Assembly: GCA_003427395.1 (NCBI GenBank)
Contig: BFEA01000044.1
Coordinates: forward strand, 1,960,896 to 2,024,895
Reading direction: 5' to 3'
Origin: Chara braunii
Lineage: Eukaryota; Plantae; Charophyceae
Length of the DNA stretch: 64,000 nucleotides
Shown here piece by piece: positions 62,004 to 64,000 of the stretch. The notes under the pieces are model-generated. The model was not told where the DNA came from. It did no database searches and was given only the letters and a program-made list of their open reading frames with translations. The position numbers were made by a program, and so were the translations under genes. Position 1 is the stretch's first letter. Every line of letters begins with the position of its first letter.

Positions 62004-64000
62004 GGCCAGTGAAAGTTTTAGCTGCTTCTACTCTTGGTGAAGTGGGCCAGATACCCTCCCCACTTCACGAGAAGGCCAAAGCTAATGACTCCTTAGGCAC
62101 CCCGCAAACACATCTAGACCAAACTATGCTCTGTACGTTAGATGTGTCTGATGCCTTAGAAGACTTGGAGAGTGAGTGGTCAAACAAGGACCCTCGCGAG
62201 TCTTGGGTGGCGCTAAGGAAAGGTCCTAGAGGGGAACATTTCGTGGTGGAAGTCGATGTAGGAGGCCGCAAATGTGGTGCCTTCATAGACATAGGCTCCA
62301 CGCGGAATTACATAAGTCGCGACTGTTTGGAAAGGCTGCACCTACAAGACCGTGTACGGCTCCTTAGTAGACCTGTAGCATCTACTTTGGCCAACAAGGA
62401 GCGCATGATAGTAACAGACTATATCAAGGACGTAGTCTGTACCTTCTCCTGTGGAGGAGGCAAACTTAATCATAAGATTTCGTTCTTGGTTAGCGACGAC
62501 TTACCATTCGACATGTTGTTAGGCATGTACTACCTCGAAGTTGCTAAGCCCCAGTTTGATTGGGATAAGAAGGTGCTCAAGCATAAGTTGCCCGATGGCC
62601 GAACTGTTAGATTGACCAAGTTCAAGGCCAGTAGCATTATAGATACCTATGGCTGCTTGTGCGCGTCAGCGTTCTACAATTACTATAAGCAAAACCAAGA
62701 GGAGGGTATGTACCTTGTGTATGTCTCTGAGAAAGGGGAGGCCGTTAAAACACCCCCAGAGATAGAACGCGTCGTTGCTAAGTTCCTTGATCTGTTCGAG
62801 GAGCCCACAGGAGTTGTTGAAAGGGAAGTTGTCCACGCTATAGAAATCATTCCAGGGAGTAAGACCCCAAAGGGAAGGATCTATAGGATGGCTCCCGCCG
62901 AGTTAGATGGACTTCGGCGACAACTTAAGGAGCTGACAGAGAAGGGATGGATTCGGCCTAGTACTTCCCCTTACTGATCACCCGTTCTATTCGTACCGAA
63001 GAAGGGGGGTACTTTGAGGATGTGCATTGATTATAGAGGCCTCAATGCCATCACAATGAAGAACGCAGAGCCTCTACCTCGCTTAGACGACCTATTAGAT
63101 AGGGTGCAGGGATGCAAGTACTATAGTAAGATAGACTTGAAATCCAGATATCATTAGATCACAATAAGACCTGAGGACCAACACAAGACAGCCTTTCAGA
63201 CCAGATACGGTCTGTATGAGTTTGTAGTGATGCCCTTTGGTCTTTGCAATGCGCCAGGTGCATTCCAGCACGCTATGAATCGGATCTTCCATGACCATTT
63301 AGATAAGTTTGTCGTGGTATACCTTGATGACATTCTGATCTTTAGCAAGTCTGTCGAGGAGCATGCAAAGCACGTTGAGACTGTACTCTCACTCCTGCGA
63401 CAGCACAAGGTCAACTTAGAGAAGTGTGAGTCCGGTCGCACTAAGATACTATACTTGGGTCATGAAGTATCCGCGGAAGGGATTAGGCCGGAGGATGTGA
63501 AGGTGGCTAGTATTCGAGACTGGCCACGACCTCAGACTGTCACTGAGGTTACATCTTTCTTAGGAATGTGCGGCTACTATAGGAACTTCGTAAATAACTA
63601 TTCCACAGTCGCCTCTCCTTTGACTGATCTAACTCGACTTGACACGCCGTTGGACTGGAGTGATGAGTGCGAGGGTGCTTTCAAGAGATTGAAGCATGCA
63701 CTCATGAATCATGAGGTTCTCATGGTTCCCGATCCTCAGAGATCCTCAGAAGCCATTCATAGTGACCATTGACGCAAGCCAATACGGCATTGGCGCAGTG
63801 CTGGCTCAACAGGATGGGAAAAAGTTGAGACTGATTGAGTATATGAGCAAGAAGATGCCATCAAAGAAGTTGGCGAAGTCCACCTATGAAAGGGAACTCT
63901 ATGCTCTATATAAAGCACTTGTCCATTGGAGGCACTTCCTATTGGGAAGGTTCTTCTACTTGAGGTCTGATCATCAGACCCTCAAATGGATCAAGACTCA
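62000..64000 (+). pseudogene. pol of family A element (PR, RT, RNase H start)
   Basis: [55 protein letters not shown] few stops and one frameshift. Confidence 0.93.

Larger units (their letters stand above)
57893..64000 (+). mobile_element. Gypsy element (family A): 5' LTR 57893-59024, PBS, leader, gag, pol; continues beyond the window
   Basis: TG...CA LTR followed by an iMet PBS, gag, protease FIDIGST, RT YLDD and RNase H. Confidence 0.93.

Overview
Repeat-dense eukaryotic nuclear DNA from a streptophyte plant or alga. The look is Chara-like (huge TE-filled introns, chromodomain Ty3/gypsy elements, DUF659-type hAT), but the organism is an inference. The only clear host gene is a + strand leucine-rich-repeat gene resembling Arabidopsis At4g23840. 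Two phase-compatible exons are seen (10027-10247, 22119-22580), separated by an ~11.9 kb intron; no further exon was found. The rest consists of decayed gypsy/chromovirus elements of at least four families, solo or partial LTRs, an internally deleted hAT transposon, MITE-like pieces, several satellites and 6 assembly gaps. A plastid 23S rRNA fragment and a mitochondrial atp1 fragment sit together inside an LTR. The best candidate for an undescribed system is a ~100-115 nt structured, probably pseudoknotted RNA element. It is conserved with compensatory changes in the 5' leaders of two otherwise divergent gypsy families (13584-13697, 59548-59649). One of these families also has a canonical G_GGA_AAC -1 frameshift site between gag and pol. 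All calls were made by eye, without database searches; family letters A-D are my own labels.
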